Shown: piece after piece, positions 49,800 to 60,445 of the stretch | Position numbering within the stretch: the first letter of the stretch is position 1 | How the letters are laid out: each line of letters opens with the position of its first letter | Program-made: the position numbers and the translations under genes | The notes under the pieces: generated by a model | Database searches by the model: none | The model's input: the letters and a program-made list of their open reading frames with translations, nothing else | Told to the model about the DNA's origin: nothing | Assembly: GCA_965205865.1 (NCBI GenBank) | Contig: CBDBHR010000025.1 | Span: 128,001 to 192,000 of the forward strand | Length of the DNA stretch: 64,000 nucleotides | Direction: 5' to 3' | DNA from: a bacterium | Lineage (GTDB): Bacteria > SAR324 > NAC60-12

Positions 49800-50669
49800 T
49801 CAGAGCGTGATCTTCGCCTCCCTGGAAGACGAAAATATTTTTTTAGCCCAACGGCGCTGGCAGAGGACGACCGTGTAAGTCAGCACCGACAGCATCACAA
49901 TGGGAGGGGTGCCGGGCCAATCCAGATGATAAGCCAGCATCAACCCGATGATGCCCTGCAAGGCTCCCAGCAAACCACCGAAGAGGAACATCTGCCATAA
50001 ATACCGTGCCACGAGCTGGACCGTCGCCACCGGTACGATCAGGATGGCCAGGGTCAGGATCAGTCCGACGGCCTGGAAACAGAGGAGCGTAGCCACGCTG
50101 ATCATCAACTCGAGCGCCAGACGGGTCGGCATCACCGGCCAACCCCGCCGGGCGGCATAAGCAGGGTCGAAAAGGAAAATCTTGATAGGCGCGTAAAAAA
50201 ACAGCAACAACAGGAAGGTCACTACCACCACTCCCCCTGCAAAGAGATTGTCCGTCCAGGAAACAGCCAACAGATCCCCCAGAATGAAATGGTCCAATGA
50301 AATGTCGAGTTCACTGCGATAGAGACGCAGCAGGATCAACCCCAGGGCAAAATTGAATCCGATGACGATCACGCTGCCAGTGGTGTGGTCGGTGCGCCGG
50401 TGCCAGGCGAAGGCCAGGATGAGCAGACGCGTTAAGATGATCGCCAGCAGACCTCCCAGTAAAAGGCTCCACGAGGAGCGACCAATCCAAACGTAAGCCA
50501 GGATCAGACCTGGAAGGAGACCATGGGCCAGGCTTTCCACCTGCAGGGCTGAACGTTGGGTGACGACGATGGAACCGGCCATACCCCCCAGCAACCCCAG
50601 CAGGACGATCATCACCAAAGCGGTCTTCATGAAATCGTAAGTCCAGGGAGATGTGAGCCAGTCCATCAT
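49800..50669 (-). CDS. Zn/Mn ABC transporter permease
   Basis: SLAHGLLPG, FILGDLL, FDP.YA, VGLIL; ATGA overlap with the ATPase gene. Confidence 0.88.
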   Translation of the reverse strand: MMDWLTSPWTYDFMKTALVMIVLLGLLGGMAGSIVVTQRSALQVESLAHGLLPGLILAYVWIGRSSWSLLLGGLLAIILTRLLILAFAWHRRTDHTTGSVIVIGFNFALGLILLRLYRSELDISLDHFILGDLLAVSWTDNLFAGGVVVVTFLLLLFFYAPIKIFLFDPAYAARRGWPVMPTRLALELMISVATLLCFQAVGLILTLAILIVPVATVQLVARYLWQMFLFGGLLGALQGIIGLMLAYHLDWPGTPPIVMLSVLTYTVVLCQRRWAKKIFSSSREAKITL

Positions 50670-51391
50670 GCCGGTAACGCCTTTTCGGAGGAGAGTGGGT
50701 TCTTGTTCTGCGAAATGAGTAGATGCTCGAAACGATCGTATCTGAAAACCAGGACTTCGTCGAAAATATCGGGCACGCTTTCCCAATCATGATGGACCAC
50801 CAAAAGGGTTTTTCCGTCCCGCACCAGGTCTTTCAAGATGTCGACGGTCAGGGCTTCTCCCTTTTCATCGACTCCCGCCAGGGGCTCATCCAGAAAAAGC
50901 AGTTGGCTGTCTTGCAGGAGCAATCGGGTCAGGTAGACCCGGCGTTGTTCGCCTCCTGACAGGCTGGCAATTTGCGAGTGTTGCAGGTGCGTTATACCCA
51001 TCCGGTTCATGAATGTCCGGCCCCGTTCCGGGTCAACCCGTCTCTGCCAGGGCCATTTGAATTGGAAAAACAGGGAACTGCCCGCGGCAATGAATTCCTG
51101 TACAGTGATGGGAAAATCGGAAGGAATATCCAGGTGCTGCGGAAGATATCCCACCTGGTGTTTGACCTGGTCAAATGATTTGCCGAAATAGGAAATCTCT
51201 CCGTAGTAGGGAATTTCTCCCACCAGCGCCCTGAACAACGAACTCTTGCCGCATCCGTTTGGACCCAACACCCCGATCAGTCGACCATGAGGGATTTCAC
51301 AATGGCAATGCAGGGTCGCCCGTTGAGGGCCAATGTCGAAATGGACACCGGAAACGCATAAGGAACAATCCGTGGTTTTTATTTCAGTCAT
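50666..51391 (-). CDS. Zn/Mn ABC transporter ATP-binding protein
   Basis: GPNGCGKS, LSGGEQRR, LDEPLAGVD, VVHHD. Confidence 0.92.
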   Translation of the reverse strand: MTEIKTTDCSLCVSGVHFDIGPQRATLHCHCEIPHGRLIGVLGPNGCGKSSLFRALVGEIPYYGEISYFGKSFDQVKHQVGYLPQHLDIPSDFPITVQEFIAAGSSLFFQFKWPWQRRVDPERGRTFMNRMGITHLQHSQIASLSGGEQRRVYLTRLLLQDSQLLFLDEPLAGVDEKGEALTVDILKDLVRDGKTLLVVHHDWESVPDIFDEVLVFRYDRFEHLLISQNKNPLSSEKALPA

Positions 51392-52427
51392 ATAATTTGT
51401 ACGCCTTCCTGAATGCCTGAGAGAGAACTCGAATGTTTTCCTTCATAAAACCTACATACGTCCCCGCCGGCGTGCCGGGCGAGGTCAGGTTTCCGGGGTT
51501 CAACGATTCCTGGATGGTAATTTCGGCTTCTCGCGCAATTTGAGCCAGCAATGGGCTGACATGCTCTTCCGGGAAAATAACCCGTACCTCTTCTTTTTTA
51601 ATCTCGGCAATGATCTTCTCTAACATCCGGGGACCCAGTTGATCCTCACCGCCAATCCCATGAGGAGCCAGAGTCCGGAAATGATAGGCCCTGCCAAAAT
51701 ATTCGAAAGCCAGGTGGCTGGTGACCAAAAGTCGCCGGGACTGTGGAATGAACGCCAATTGTTCATGAATCCAGGCGTCCAAACGTTGGAGGATCTCTGT
51801 ATATTCCAAGGCGTTTCCCCGGTAATATGCCACATGTTGCGGATCCCGTCTTGCCAGTTCTTGCGCAATGAGATCAGTCACCTGAATCATCATCGACACA
51901 TCGTGCCAGACATGGAGGTCCATGTCACCATTCGTGGCATCAGTTTGTTGATCTTCCTCCTCTTCATGCTCTTCGATTGTTTCCATCTCATTGGAGTGAT
52001 CTTCCTCCCCTTCATGGTCTTCCTTTATCCCGGGTAACAATTGCTGTAAATGCTTGCCCAATTGCAATTGCTTGTCATCAGCAATCCGCTTCAAATAGGG
52101 ATGCAACCAGGTTTCCAGAGGCAATCCAAACCAGACGAGCAGGTCCGCTTCGCTCATACGAATCTGGTCCCTCATCGTGAGCTCGATGTCATGCAGATCA
52201 ATGCCGCGTGAAGCCAGAGCATGCGCCTCGACCTGTATTTTTCCCACGTTCCTGACGACGTCTTCCAGAATGCTCCAGGACGCAATTACCTTCAAAGGAG
52301 CGGCTTCCGCCCAACCGACGAACGCCAAAAAGATGACTAAAATTGTTGCGCTCCGTTTCCATTTTCTTAAAATCATGGCTGTCTTCCATAGGCCAAAAAT
52401 CAGATAAACATGTTTTTTTAGATTCAA
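51384..52427 (-). CDS. Zn/Mn ABC substrate-binding protein (ZnuA/TroA family)
   Basis: DLH, His/Glu-rich loop, DLHVWHD, TSH.AF.YF; start uncertain. Confidence 0.88.
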   Translation of the reverse strand: MNLKKHVYLIFGLWKTAMILRKWKRSATILVIFLAFVGWAEAAPLKVIASWSILEDVVRNVGKIQVEAHALASRGIDLHDIELTMRDQIRMSEADLLVWFGLPLETWLHPYLKRIADDKQLQLGKHLQQLLPGIKEDHEGEEDHSNEMETIEEHEEEEDQQTDATNGDMDLHVWHDVSMMIQVTDLIAQELARRDPQHVAYYRGNALEYTEILQRLDAWIHEQLAFIPQSRRLLVTSHLAFEYFGRAYHFRTLAPHGIGGEDQLGPRMLEKIIAEIKKEEVRVIFPEEHVSPLLAQIAREAEITIQESLNPGNLTSPGTPAGTYVGFMKENIRVLSQAFRKAYKLYD

Positions 52428-52857
52428 TTATTTTGCAAGTAATTTATCGTGATTACAAATTTTTACAAGAAAATTATAATAATCAAATCCAAGGCAAAGT
52501 GAGACCTTCAGAAAACGGGAAAAATGGAGCAAAATTCATCTCGAGATACTTACGCTCGTTACCAGAGATTACCCTGATAAAAGGTCTTTACATTCAGATT
52601 TTAAGATATTAAAAGGTTCACTCATAGAGTATCTTCAATTGAACCGCGATAGTGACCCATGCGCAGCGAGTAGGGAAGGGTCCCATTCTGCAAAAGCGAT
52701 TACTATTTTACCCACCGATACCCGTCAAGGGCCAGCAAATGGCTTGTCGAAGTGAGCTATTGATGGTTCAACAGGATTCGCAAAATATTGGTACGAAAAT
52801 ACGCCACCTCGCTGCGATCGGCAGTTTTTTAAAAATCAAGGAAATCAGAAAACCACC

Positions 52858-54216
52858 ATGCAGCAAACTGTTCGGGAAGCTATTGATTTTGCTTTGACCC
52901 ATGGATTGATCAAGTTCAATCAGCGATTTGAACTGAACCACGCGCCTTTTTCGATGGTCCCCTACGAAATCTCGACAGAAGTGCTGGAACAAATGATCGT
53001 TCTGACACCCTTGTTCAATGAGTTAATGTTCAAAGTTTCCAGGGATGACGGATTTTTACGTGAATCGTTAACCCCAACTGCCCGAACCGATTCCTTTGTG
53101 CGGGAGTTGCTTGCCATCCAAACCCAAAATCGGGGGACGCAATCCACTCGACTGCTGATCAACCGCAATGACTTTTTGCTCAGTACGACGTCGGATGATT
53201 GCGGATTGCCAATACCGAAGCAGGTTGAATTCAATGCGATTGCTGCAAGCTATCCCTACTTAAGTAGTCAATTGAGTCGATTGCACTATTTTTTAAATGG
53301 AATCCAAGGTGGCAAAAATAACTTGGTGGACAACGATCCGATCAGCGGTATTGTGGCGATCATAGCCGAGGCTATCAGACACTATGACGCGCCTCGATGT
53401 TGCCTGTTGACGATTGCGCAGCCTCGAGAACAAAACATCTTCGACCAGCGAGGGAGCGAGCACATACTGTGGGAGGAATTTTTCATTCTCACCATGCGCA
53501 TGTCCCTGGAGGAAGTGGCCCAAGAAGGAATTCTGAGGGAAGGACATCTGGTGGTACGAGGTAGAATTGCCGCAGTTACTTATTTTCGGGCAGGATATAC
53601 TCCCAATGATTATCCTACTGCAGAAGCCTGGAATGGCAGACGATTGATTGAAGCATCATCTACCATTGCGGTCCCCAGCGTGGCTATGCAATTGGCAGGA
53701 TTAAAAAAAATCCAACAAATGCTTTCCGCACCAAAAATTTTGCGAAATTTTGTCGATGAGGACCGTGCCCGACAAATTGAACCGACATTTGTCGGACAGT
53801 ATTTACCGGATGAAATGATTAAACACGAAGGGCAATATCAAACTGCAAGTCAAGCTGCTTGTCGTTCTCCAGAAAAATTCGTACTCAAACCTCAGCGGGA
53901 AGGAGGGGGAAATAATTTTTACGGCCGGGAAATGGTTGAAAAACTCCGGTCTCTGGACCTGGAAGCTGCTCAGGCATACATTTTAATGGAACGGATATAT
54001 CCACTGCCGCATCAAACGCTTATATTGACTGAAGGTCGGGTCCAAGAAACAGATGGTGTCAGCGAAATTGGACGATTTGGCGTCTGTCTGGCCGAAGACG
54101 AAGAAATAATCGAAAACCGGGATGTAGGTTATCTGGTTCGCACCAAGGCTGCCCATCAAAATGAAGGTGGGGTTTCAGCAGGATATGCTTGTTTGGACAC
54201 GCTGCGTCTCAAGTGA
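52858..54216 (+). CDS. Glutathione synthetase, eukaryotic type
   Basis: KQVEFN, E.NIFDQ, YFRAGY.P.DY, QLAG.KKIQQ, VLKPQREGGGNN, ILMERI.P, SEIG.FG, GYLVRTK, EGGVSAG...LD. Confidence 0.9.
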   Translation: MQQTVREAIDFALTHGLIKFNQRFELNHAPFSMVPYEISTEVLEQMIVLTPLFNELMFKVSRDDGFLRESLTPTARTDSFVRELLAIQTQNRGTQSTRLLINRNDFLLSTTSDDCGLPIPKQVEFNAIAASYPYLSSQLSRLHYFLNGIQGGKNNLVDNDPISGIVAIIAEAIRHYDAPRCCLLTIAQPREQNIFDQRGSEHILWEEFFILTMRMSLEEVAQEGILREGHLVVRGRIAAVTYFRAGYTPNDYPTAEAWNGRRLIEASSTIAVPSVAMQLAGLKKIQQMLSAPKILRNFVDEDRARQIEPTFVGQYLPDEMIKHEGQYQTASQAACRSPEKFVLKPQREGGGNNFYGREMVEKLRSLDLEAAQAYILMERIYPLPHQTLILTEGRVQETDGVSEIGRFGVCLAEDEEIIENRDVGYLVRTKAAHQNEGGVSAGYACLDTLRLK

Positions 54217-54273
54217 AATTTATCCATTCTTACTGGCAGAAAAAAATTTCTGAAGATTTATGTCGAACTCAGG

Positions 54274-54936
54274 TTAAAATATGTCAAAAAGCGACGTCAA
54301 TTTTTTCAAATTTTTCGATACCCAGTTCTGTTTTGCGACATTGAAGTCGTCCTCGAATTCATCCAACATCAAATCAGTCGATTCTATCACCATTGTTTTA
54401 TAAGCCGACTTTTCCATATCATCCGCGTCCAATTCCTTATGAACCCTTCCTCTCCACAACAAGCTCCCTGTGAATGCGTCCACCAGATAGAATTTGATTA
54501 GGAACTGCGCGCCCGCACTACATTCGGAGCAAGGAATCTCGTCCATCTGAATAATAAACAACTGCTCCACTTCTAATGTTTCGCCGAGATGAGAAGAAAT
54601 ATTTTTGTCAGAAATTCCCGATAAAGCAAATGTTGATTCGAGTTGGACCATCCGGAGTTGAAGCTGTGGGTATTGCCGAAGAAAAGACTGAGTCTGAGCA
54701 GCGAAATAAAACCTGGAAAATTCCGAAAAATCATTCAACCGTTGCTCCACCCTTTCCGTCACTGCTTCAAGTAACGGCGCTTCTACGGAGTTTGAGGATT
54801 TTGCCGCAATCAAAGCAACATTTTTGCGCAGATGTGGACTTGTATCCGGGACTACATAGCCCCTATAATCCGAACACGAGGAAAGTATGAGAAAAAATCC
54901 TATCAAGATATTCCAACCGATTTGTCCCGCTCTCAC
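54274..54936 (-). CDS. Hypothetical lipoprotein
   Basis: Hydrophobic leader ending LSSC lipobox; LVDAFTG.LLWRG tail. Confidence 0.7.
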   Translation of the reverse strand: MRAGQIGWNILIGFFLILSSCSDYRGYVVPDTSPHLRKNVALIAAKSSNSVEAPLLEAVTERVEQRLNDFSEFSRFYFAAQTQSFLRQYPQLQLRMVQLESTFALSGISDKNISSHLGETLEVEQLFIIQMDEIPCSECSAGAQFLIKFYLVDAFTGSLLWRGRVHKELDADDMEKSAYKTMVIESTDLMLDEFEDDFNVAKQNWVSKNLKKLTSLFDIF

Positions 54937-55221
54937 GTTGTTTTCCCCCTCAAAGTATAAAACTCATTGTTTCGTTTTATGATTCCAGCGTTGCTCATTG
55001 CTGCAGTTTTGTATAACGTGATTCTATGGACGATCAGACAATACCCTTGTCGATACATTGACCGTCTTATTCACAGATTTGCTGCTTGGACGGTTGCATG
55101 AGCAATTTGTATCTAATGTATATTGTATTTTAGCGCCATGAAAGAAAAACAGGCTATCATGTTTTTCTGCGAACTTCTATCATGATGCGGCACCCTTTAA
55201 ACCCAAGAGTCGCAGGTTCCA

Positions 55222-55281
55222 ATGTCAACCCGGACTTGATCCGGGATCCAGTCTGCGTAAACTCTTGAAAATACTTTGGAT
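55222..55281. repeat. REP-like palindrome (TGTCA.CCCG...GATCCA...TGGATTCCCGCTTTCGCGGAAATGA)
   Basis: Nested hairpins CCGGACTTGATCCGG and TTCCCGCTTTCGCGGAA. Confidence 0.6.
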
Positions 55282-55560
55282 TCCCGCTTTCGCGGAAATG
55301 AATCAAAGATTTCCTGACAGGCTTGATAATTTCAATGACTTACGGGAACTTACAACTGTCGAGCTTTATTGTACAAGAGGATATTATTCTGAACTGAAAA
55401 ATTAACAAATGCGATAAATGTTCATTTTTATCAAAAACAAGAAATGAAGGTGGACTCCTTTTTTGACAAAAAGGGGGGTGAACTTTATCATTGTGTTTTT
55501 CTTATCCGGAATGAACGTTACGAAAGTAAAAAAATTTTCAGTCATGACAAGTTTGCATGA

Positions 55561-56367
55561 ATGACATCAACCATGTTTGAATTAAAAACCGTTGGTTTGT
55601 TTATTGATCACAGGCGCCACTTTGAAGTCAGTCAATTCTTGCAGGATTGGTTCGCGTCTCATCGGATTGCCACAACCCTGCTCAGTTGGGACATTCCACC
55701 CAGTAAGGAACTGGATCTCATCATCACTATAGGAGGCGATGGTACGGTGCTGTACGTTTTGGGGCAATTTCCCGTCTGCCCTGTGCTGGCATTCAATTTT
55801 GGCACCATAGGATTCCTGACGGCCGGCAATGAGGAGGAAATGCGAGCCATCTTGGAAAAGCTCCTCAATGAGCAGTGTTTTATCAGCGAGCGCTCCACTC
55901 TTGAATGTCTGTATGGCGGAGAGCACTTTTACGCGATCAACGAAATGGTGATTAAAGGAATCAATCGATTGCTTTCGGTGGATTGCTTTGTCAATAAAGC
56001 CCATGTACGCCATATCTGGGGGGATGGCGTCATTGTAGGTACGCCTACCGGGAGCACTGCTTATTTACTATCAGCAGGGTCTTCTATCGTCATGCCGGAG
56101 ACACGCTGCTTGATTCTGGCGGGTTTGAATGAACACAATTTTACATCCCGTCATTTGGTGCTCAATCATGATGCTCAAATCCGCCTTGTCATCACACCCC
56201 AAACCAAGGAACAGGAAATTTATCTTTCTGTTGATGGTAAAAACAAAATTTCCCTTGCTGTCCATGACGAACTTTTCATTTGCGAAGCAAAACAACGCGT
56301 CCAGTTGGTTTTTCCGGAAGAACATTATTTTTTCCGCAATCTTTCCTCACGTCTTTCCTGGGAATAA
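55561..56367 (+). CDS. nadK: NAD(+) kinase
   Basis: IGGDGT, GTIGFL, AINE, GDG.IVGTPTGSTAY..SAG, DG. Confidence 0.9.
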   Translation: MTSTMFELKTVGLFIDHRRHFEVSQFLQDWFASHRIATTLLSWDIPPSKELDLIITIGGDGTVLYVLGQFPVCPVLAFNFGTIGFLTAGNEEEMRAILEKLLNEQCFISERSTLECLYGGEHFYAINEMVIKGINRLLSVDCFVNKAHVRHIWGDGVIVGTPTGSTAYLLSAGSSIVMPETRCLILAGLNEHNFTSRHLVLNHDAQIRLVITPQTKEQEIYLSVDGKNKISLAVHDELFICEAKQRVQLVFPEEHYFFRNLSSRLSWE

Positions 56368-56380
56368 GGGAGTCCGCATC

Positions 56381-56980
56381 ATGTCAACCATTGGAATCGC
56401 AACCAAAATCGGCTGTTTACCAAGAAAATGGAGCGTCTTTTTCATACTGGCTCCACTTTTCATGCAAATCGGCTGCTATTCTCCACAACTGGATTATGAA
56501 TGGGGATTGTATACCCGCCAATTGAGAGGAACTATGCTGGATGAGAGGGGGAGCGAGTTATCCCAACAGGGATTCATAATTGCGCGCTCCTACTATTCCC
56601 AATTTTTCGAGACTGCTGAAGACCGTCCATTTTATTTTCCACGGGCAAGTTTGATATTTCCGGATTCCGAGGGAAGATTTACCATCCCTTTCGATTGGAA
56701 GGCTGTCCGCATGGATTTGACTTTTGTAGCCTCCGGTTACGTCATGAATAATTTGTCGTTTCAGCGGCAAATCGGCATCGGAGACCTGTTTTATGAAGTC
56801 TCCATGAAAAAAACGGCAGGATGGCAAGATCACTTATTTGTGACCGTTTCTCCCTTCCTGCAACAATTCATTCTGGAGCAAAATTTTCAAATGGCCCAAG
56901 CCCATCAATTGTTCCTGGGCGATTGGTTGAGTCAACAAAAAGAAAAAAACAAGCCTGTTTTGCATCATCCGGAAAGTTGA
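56381..56980 (+). CDS. Hypothetical protein, possible lipoprotein
   Basis: RBS GGGAG before ATG 56381; hydrophobic stretch then IGC; sits between co-oriented genes. Confidence 0.6.
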   Translation: MSTIGIATKIGCLPRKWSVFFILAPLFMQIGCYSPQLDYEWGLYTRQLRGTMLDERGSELSQQGFIIARSYYSQFFETAEDRPFYFPRASLIFPDSEGRFTIPFDWKAVRMDLTFVASGYVMNNLSFQRQIGIGDLFYEVSMKKTAGWQDHLFVTVSPFLQQFILEQNFQMAQAHQLFLGDWLSQQKEKNKPVLHHPES

Positions 56981-57050
56981 AGATGCTGTAATAGGAACGG
57001 AAGTTGAGCGGCCATATCCGGAATTGTCTCTTTTTAGGTGAAAATAAGGA

Positions 57051-57908
57051 ATGTCGACAACAATGGGAATCCTGGGTTTGGGATATTTAGGCAAGCAACT
57101 TTGCAAACAGTCTTTGCCTTGCATATCCTGGGGATCTTACCATCGAAATCCTTCCTTGACGCTTGCCAATGCTCCCCCTCTCCGCCTGAAATTTCAATGG
57201 GAAAATCCTCAAACTTGGGGACATTTGCCTGAGAAAGCGGTCACTTTGATTTTAACAATCCCTCCTGTTTTAAAAGATCCTCTGGCAGAAACAGAAAGGC
57301 TCATTCATTGGGGAGAATGGATGAGGCGGAAGCGCCCACAATTAAAACAGATGATTTATATTTCTTCGACCAGCGTTTACCCGGATCAAAATCGGATTTG
57401 GAAGGAATCGGATGTTCTTGAACCCGATTCCCTTGCTGGGAAATTAAGATTGGCAACGGAAAAAATATTGGCCCGGTTTTTCGATTTATTCGTGATTCGG
57501 CCGGGAGGAATCTATGGTCCCGGACGCAATATCATTCAGCGTGTAATGGACGGAAAATCCATCTCCCGGAGCTATCGCCCCGTCCATCGGATTCACGTCA
57601 ACGATCTGGCTTGTATTGTGGAATTGCTTGTACAAACGCCGGGAGCGCCACGATGCCTTAATGCTGTGGATCAAACGCCCTCGCCTTCATTTGAAATCCT
57701 TGAGTGGTTCCTACAAAAAAAATGGATGATGCTTCCTGTTGGAATTGCGGGAGATTTTCAAGAAAATAAAGCCGAAGCCCAAAGGGACCCTATAAAGCGA
57801 CAACGCTTGATTGCCAACCACAAACTGTTGCATGAAATGAACTATTCTTACAAATTCCCGTCTTTTCGTGAAGGATTGGAAAACATTTTCGGATATTCCG
57901 CGCACTGA
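57051..57908 (+). CDS. NAD-dependent epimerase/dehydratase-like (atypical SDR)
   Basis: ILGLGYLG, YISSTSVY, R.GGIYGPGR, RIHV.DLA. Confidence 0.88.
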   Translation: MSTTMGILGLGYLGKQLCKQSLPCISWGSYHRNPSLTLANAPPLRLKFQWENPQTWGHLPEKAVTLILTIPPVLKDPLAETERLIHWGEWMRRKRPQLKQMIYISSTSVYPDQNRIWKESDVLEPDSLAGKLRLATEKILARFFDLFVIRPGGIYGPGRNIIQRVMDGKSISRSYRPVHRIHVNDLACIVELLVQTPGAPRCLNAVDQTPSPSFEILEWFLQKKWMMLPVGIAGDFQENKAEAQRDPIKRQRLIANHKLLHEMNYSYKFPSFREGLENIFGYSAH

Positions 57909-57962
57909 TCGATTGCTTCTCTTTTAGAAATGGTATTTGATAGAACGTCGAAAACGAATGGT

Positions 57963-58685
57963 ATGAGAACGCTGATTGCCAAAGGACTGAAAAAAAGTTT
58001 TAAAAGCCGCCATGTGGTGAAAGGGATTTCCTTCGAAGTCAAACAAGGAGACGTAGTGGGCTTATTGGGTCCTAATGGGGCAGGAAAGACGACTTCGTTT
58101 TATATGATCACTGGTGTAATCCAACCGGACGCAGGGCAGATCATTTTAGACTATCAGGACATCACTCGCATGTCGATGGACCGTCGAGCTCGGGTTGGAA
58201 TTGGGTATCTTCCGCAAGAACGTTCAATTTTCCGCAAGTTGACGGTGGAGCAGAATTTATTGGCGGTGATGGAACTGGTGAAAATGGGAAAAGCCGAGAA
58301 GCAGGCTCGTTTGGAAGAGTTATTGAAAGAACTGGGGATTGCGCATATCCGGCAATTAAAAGGCTATGCGCTCTCGGGAGGAGAGAGTCGTCGGGCGGAA
58401 ATCGCCAGATCTCTGGTGATCAATCCGTCTTTCATTTTACTGGATGAGCCATTTGCCGGAGTCGACCCCATTGCGGTGCTGGACATCCAAAAAATCATCC
58501 GGCATTTGAAAGACAAAAACATTGGAGTGTTGATCACGGATCATAATGTTCGTGAAACATTTGGCATTATCGATCACGGTTATATCATGAATGAAGGGAA
58601 ACTTCTGGCACACGGAACTCCTCGAGAATTGATGCAGAATGAACAGGCGCGCAAGGTCTACCTGGGTGAATTGTTCTCCATCTAG
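57963..58685 (+). CDS. lptB: LPS export ABC ATPase
   Basis: GLLGPNGAGKTTSFY, GYLPQE.SIFRKL, LLDEPFAGVDP, ITDHNVRET, VYLG; directly upstream of rpoN. Confidence 0.95.
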   Translation: MRTLIAKGLKKSFKSRHVVKGISFEVKQGDVVGLLGPNGAGKTTSFYMITGVIQPDAGQIILDYQDITRMSMDRRARVGIGYLPQERSIFRKLTVEQNLLAVMELVKMGKAEKQARLEELLKELGIAHIRQLKGYALSGGESRRAEIARSLVINPSFILLDEPFAGVDPIAVLDIQKIIRHLKDKNIGVLITDHNVRETFGIIDHGYIMNEGKLLAHGTPRELMQNEQARKVYLGELFSI

Positions 58686-58774
58686 GAGTAGTGATTATTG
58701 ACTTTCATTATCAGATATTCCGTGCCAACATGAGAGAACAGACTAAAATGGAATTTATCTGAGGAAATGTACTT

Positions 58775-60427
58775 ATGGCCATGGAAATGAAGCTGCAATT
58801 GCGGCTTTCCCAACAGCTGATCATGACTCCTCAATTGCAGCAGGCCATTAAATTGCTGCAATTGTCCAGAACAGAACTGGAAGAACTGATTGACCAATCC
58901 TTGATTGAAAATCCGGTGTTGGAAGAAGGGATTGATATTGACAGCAATCCGCCACCGGAAGAGAAAATGTATGATTCGGATTCTCCGGAAATACCAGAAG
59001 AACCCGAATCTTTCGAAAGCGCAAAAGAAATCCAAAAAGAATTCCAAGAGACAGACGTCGACTGGCAGCAATACGCTGAATTCGGAGGGACCGAAACACG
59101 CCGAAGTCATGGAGAAGACGATTATCCTTCCATTGAAACCACTCTGGCTCAAAGCCAGACCCTTGGGGAGCACTTGATATGGCAAATGGATATGCTCCAT
59201 CTCGATGCCATTGAGCGGGAATTAGGGGCTCATCTCATCGGAAATGTCAGTGAAGATGGCTATCTCAGTATCAGTATCCGTGAGTTGTTCGAAACCAACC
59301 CGCAGTTGCTCGAGGCAATCGAAACCTGGGTTGGCAAACACCCTCAAGATACCTCTCAATTCGATCCCCTCTGGTTGGACAATAAAGACCAAAAAGTCAT
59401 CAATTCCAAAATAAAGTCTAAAAAAAAACAATCTTTCGTTTTTGAGGAGAAATTTTCCCAAGAAAAAGACATGGATGTGCTCCAAATTACTCCCGATGCC
59501 GCTTGTTTCAGTAGAAAAGTTCTAAATATCATTCAACAATTCGATCCTCCCGGAGTAGGCGCTCGTTATTTGCAGGAATGCCTACTTTTGCAGCTGGAAT
59601 TGCTGGGAATGAAGGAATCGTTGTGTTCTGAGATAGTGCAGCGAGACATGGTGTTGTTGGAAAATAAGGACTTGAAAAAAATTGCGCGCCGTCATAAAGA
59701 AGAGCTGGAGAACGTCATTGAAGCTCACAAATTGATTATGTCTCTTGAGCCCAAGCCCGGTCGCGGGTTCGGGCAAATTTCCTCTCACGAATATATTATC
59801 CCGGACGCCTATATTTATCATTCCAGCAATGGTGAATTTAAGGTGACTCTCAATGGTAGTGGAGTTCCTCGCTTGCGCATCAACCGGTATTATAAAAATC
59901 TGGTAGAGCAAATGGAAGAGGATGGAAATTTGACCAAAGAATACATCCAAGAGAAAATAAAAGCCGGCCAGTGGCTGATGAAAAGCATTGAACAACGGCA
60001 AAAAACTATTTACCGGGTGACCCAAAGTATTTTAAAATTTCAACAGGAGTTTCTCGAAAAGGGGATCCATTATCTGAAACCGCTGGTTTTGAAAGATGTT
60101 GCCGAGGATATCAACGTGCATGAGTCGACCGTCAGTCGGGTGACGACCAATAAGTACGTACACACGCCTCAGGGTATTTTTGAACTGAAATATTTTTTTA
60201 CAAGCGGTATTGAACAAGGGAGTGGAGAAAGAGTTTCTTCAAAAAGAATCAAGGACGTGATTGTACAGATGATCCAGCATGAAGATGTCCATTTTCCATT
60301 TACTGATATGCAAATTACAATTAATTTATATGACAAGTATAAAATCCAGGTCGCCCGGCGCACAGTCGCCAAATATCGTGAAGCACTTGGTATTTTGCCT
60401 TCTAACAAACGCAAGCAACTGTTCTAA
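58775..60427 (+). CDS. rpoN: RNA polymerase sigma-54 factor
   Basis: MTPQLQQAIKLLQL, FDPPGVGAR, HESTVSRVT, ELKYFF, RpoN box ARRTVAKYRE. Confidence 0.97.
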   Translation: MAMEMKLQLRLSQQLIMTPQLQQAIKLLQLSRTELEELIDQSLIENPVLEEGIDIDSNPPPEEKMYDSDSPEIPEEPESFESAKEIQKEFQETDVDWQQYAEFGGTETRRSHGEDDYPSIETTLAQSQTLGEHLIWQMDMLHLDAIERELGAHLIGNVSEDGYLSISIRELFETNPQLLEAIETWVGKHPQDTSQFDPLWLDNKDQKVINSKIKSKKKQSFVFEEKFSQEKDMDVLQITPDAACFSRKVLNIIQQFDPPGVGARYLQECLLLQLELLGMKESLCSEIVQRDMVLLENKDLKKIARRHKEELENVIEAHKLIMSLEPKPGRGFGQISSHEYIIPDAYIYHSSNGEFKVTLNGSGVPRLRINRYYKNLVEQMEEDGNLTKEYIQEKIKAGQWLMKSIEQRQKTIYRVTQSILKFQQEFLEKGIHYLKPLVLKDVAEDINVHESTVSRVTTNKYVHTPQGIFELKYFFTSGIEQGSGERVSSKRIKDVIVQMIQHEDVHFPFTDMQITINLYDKYKIQVARRTVAKYREALGILPSNKRKQLF

Positions 60428-60445
60428 TTATTGATTAGGAGACTT

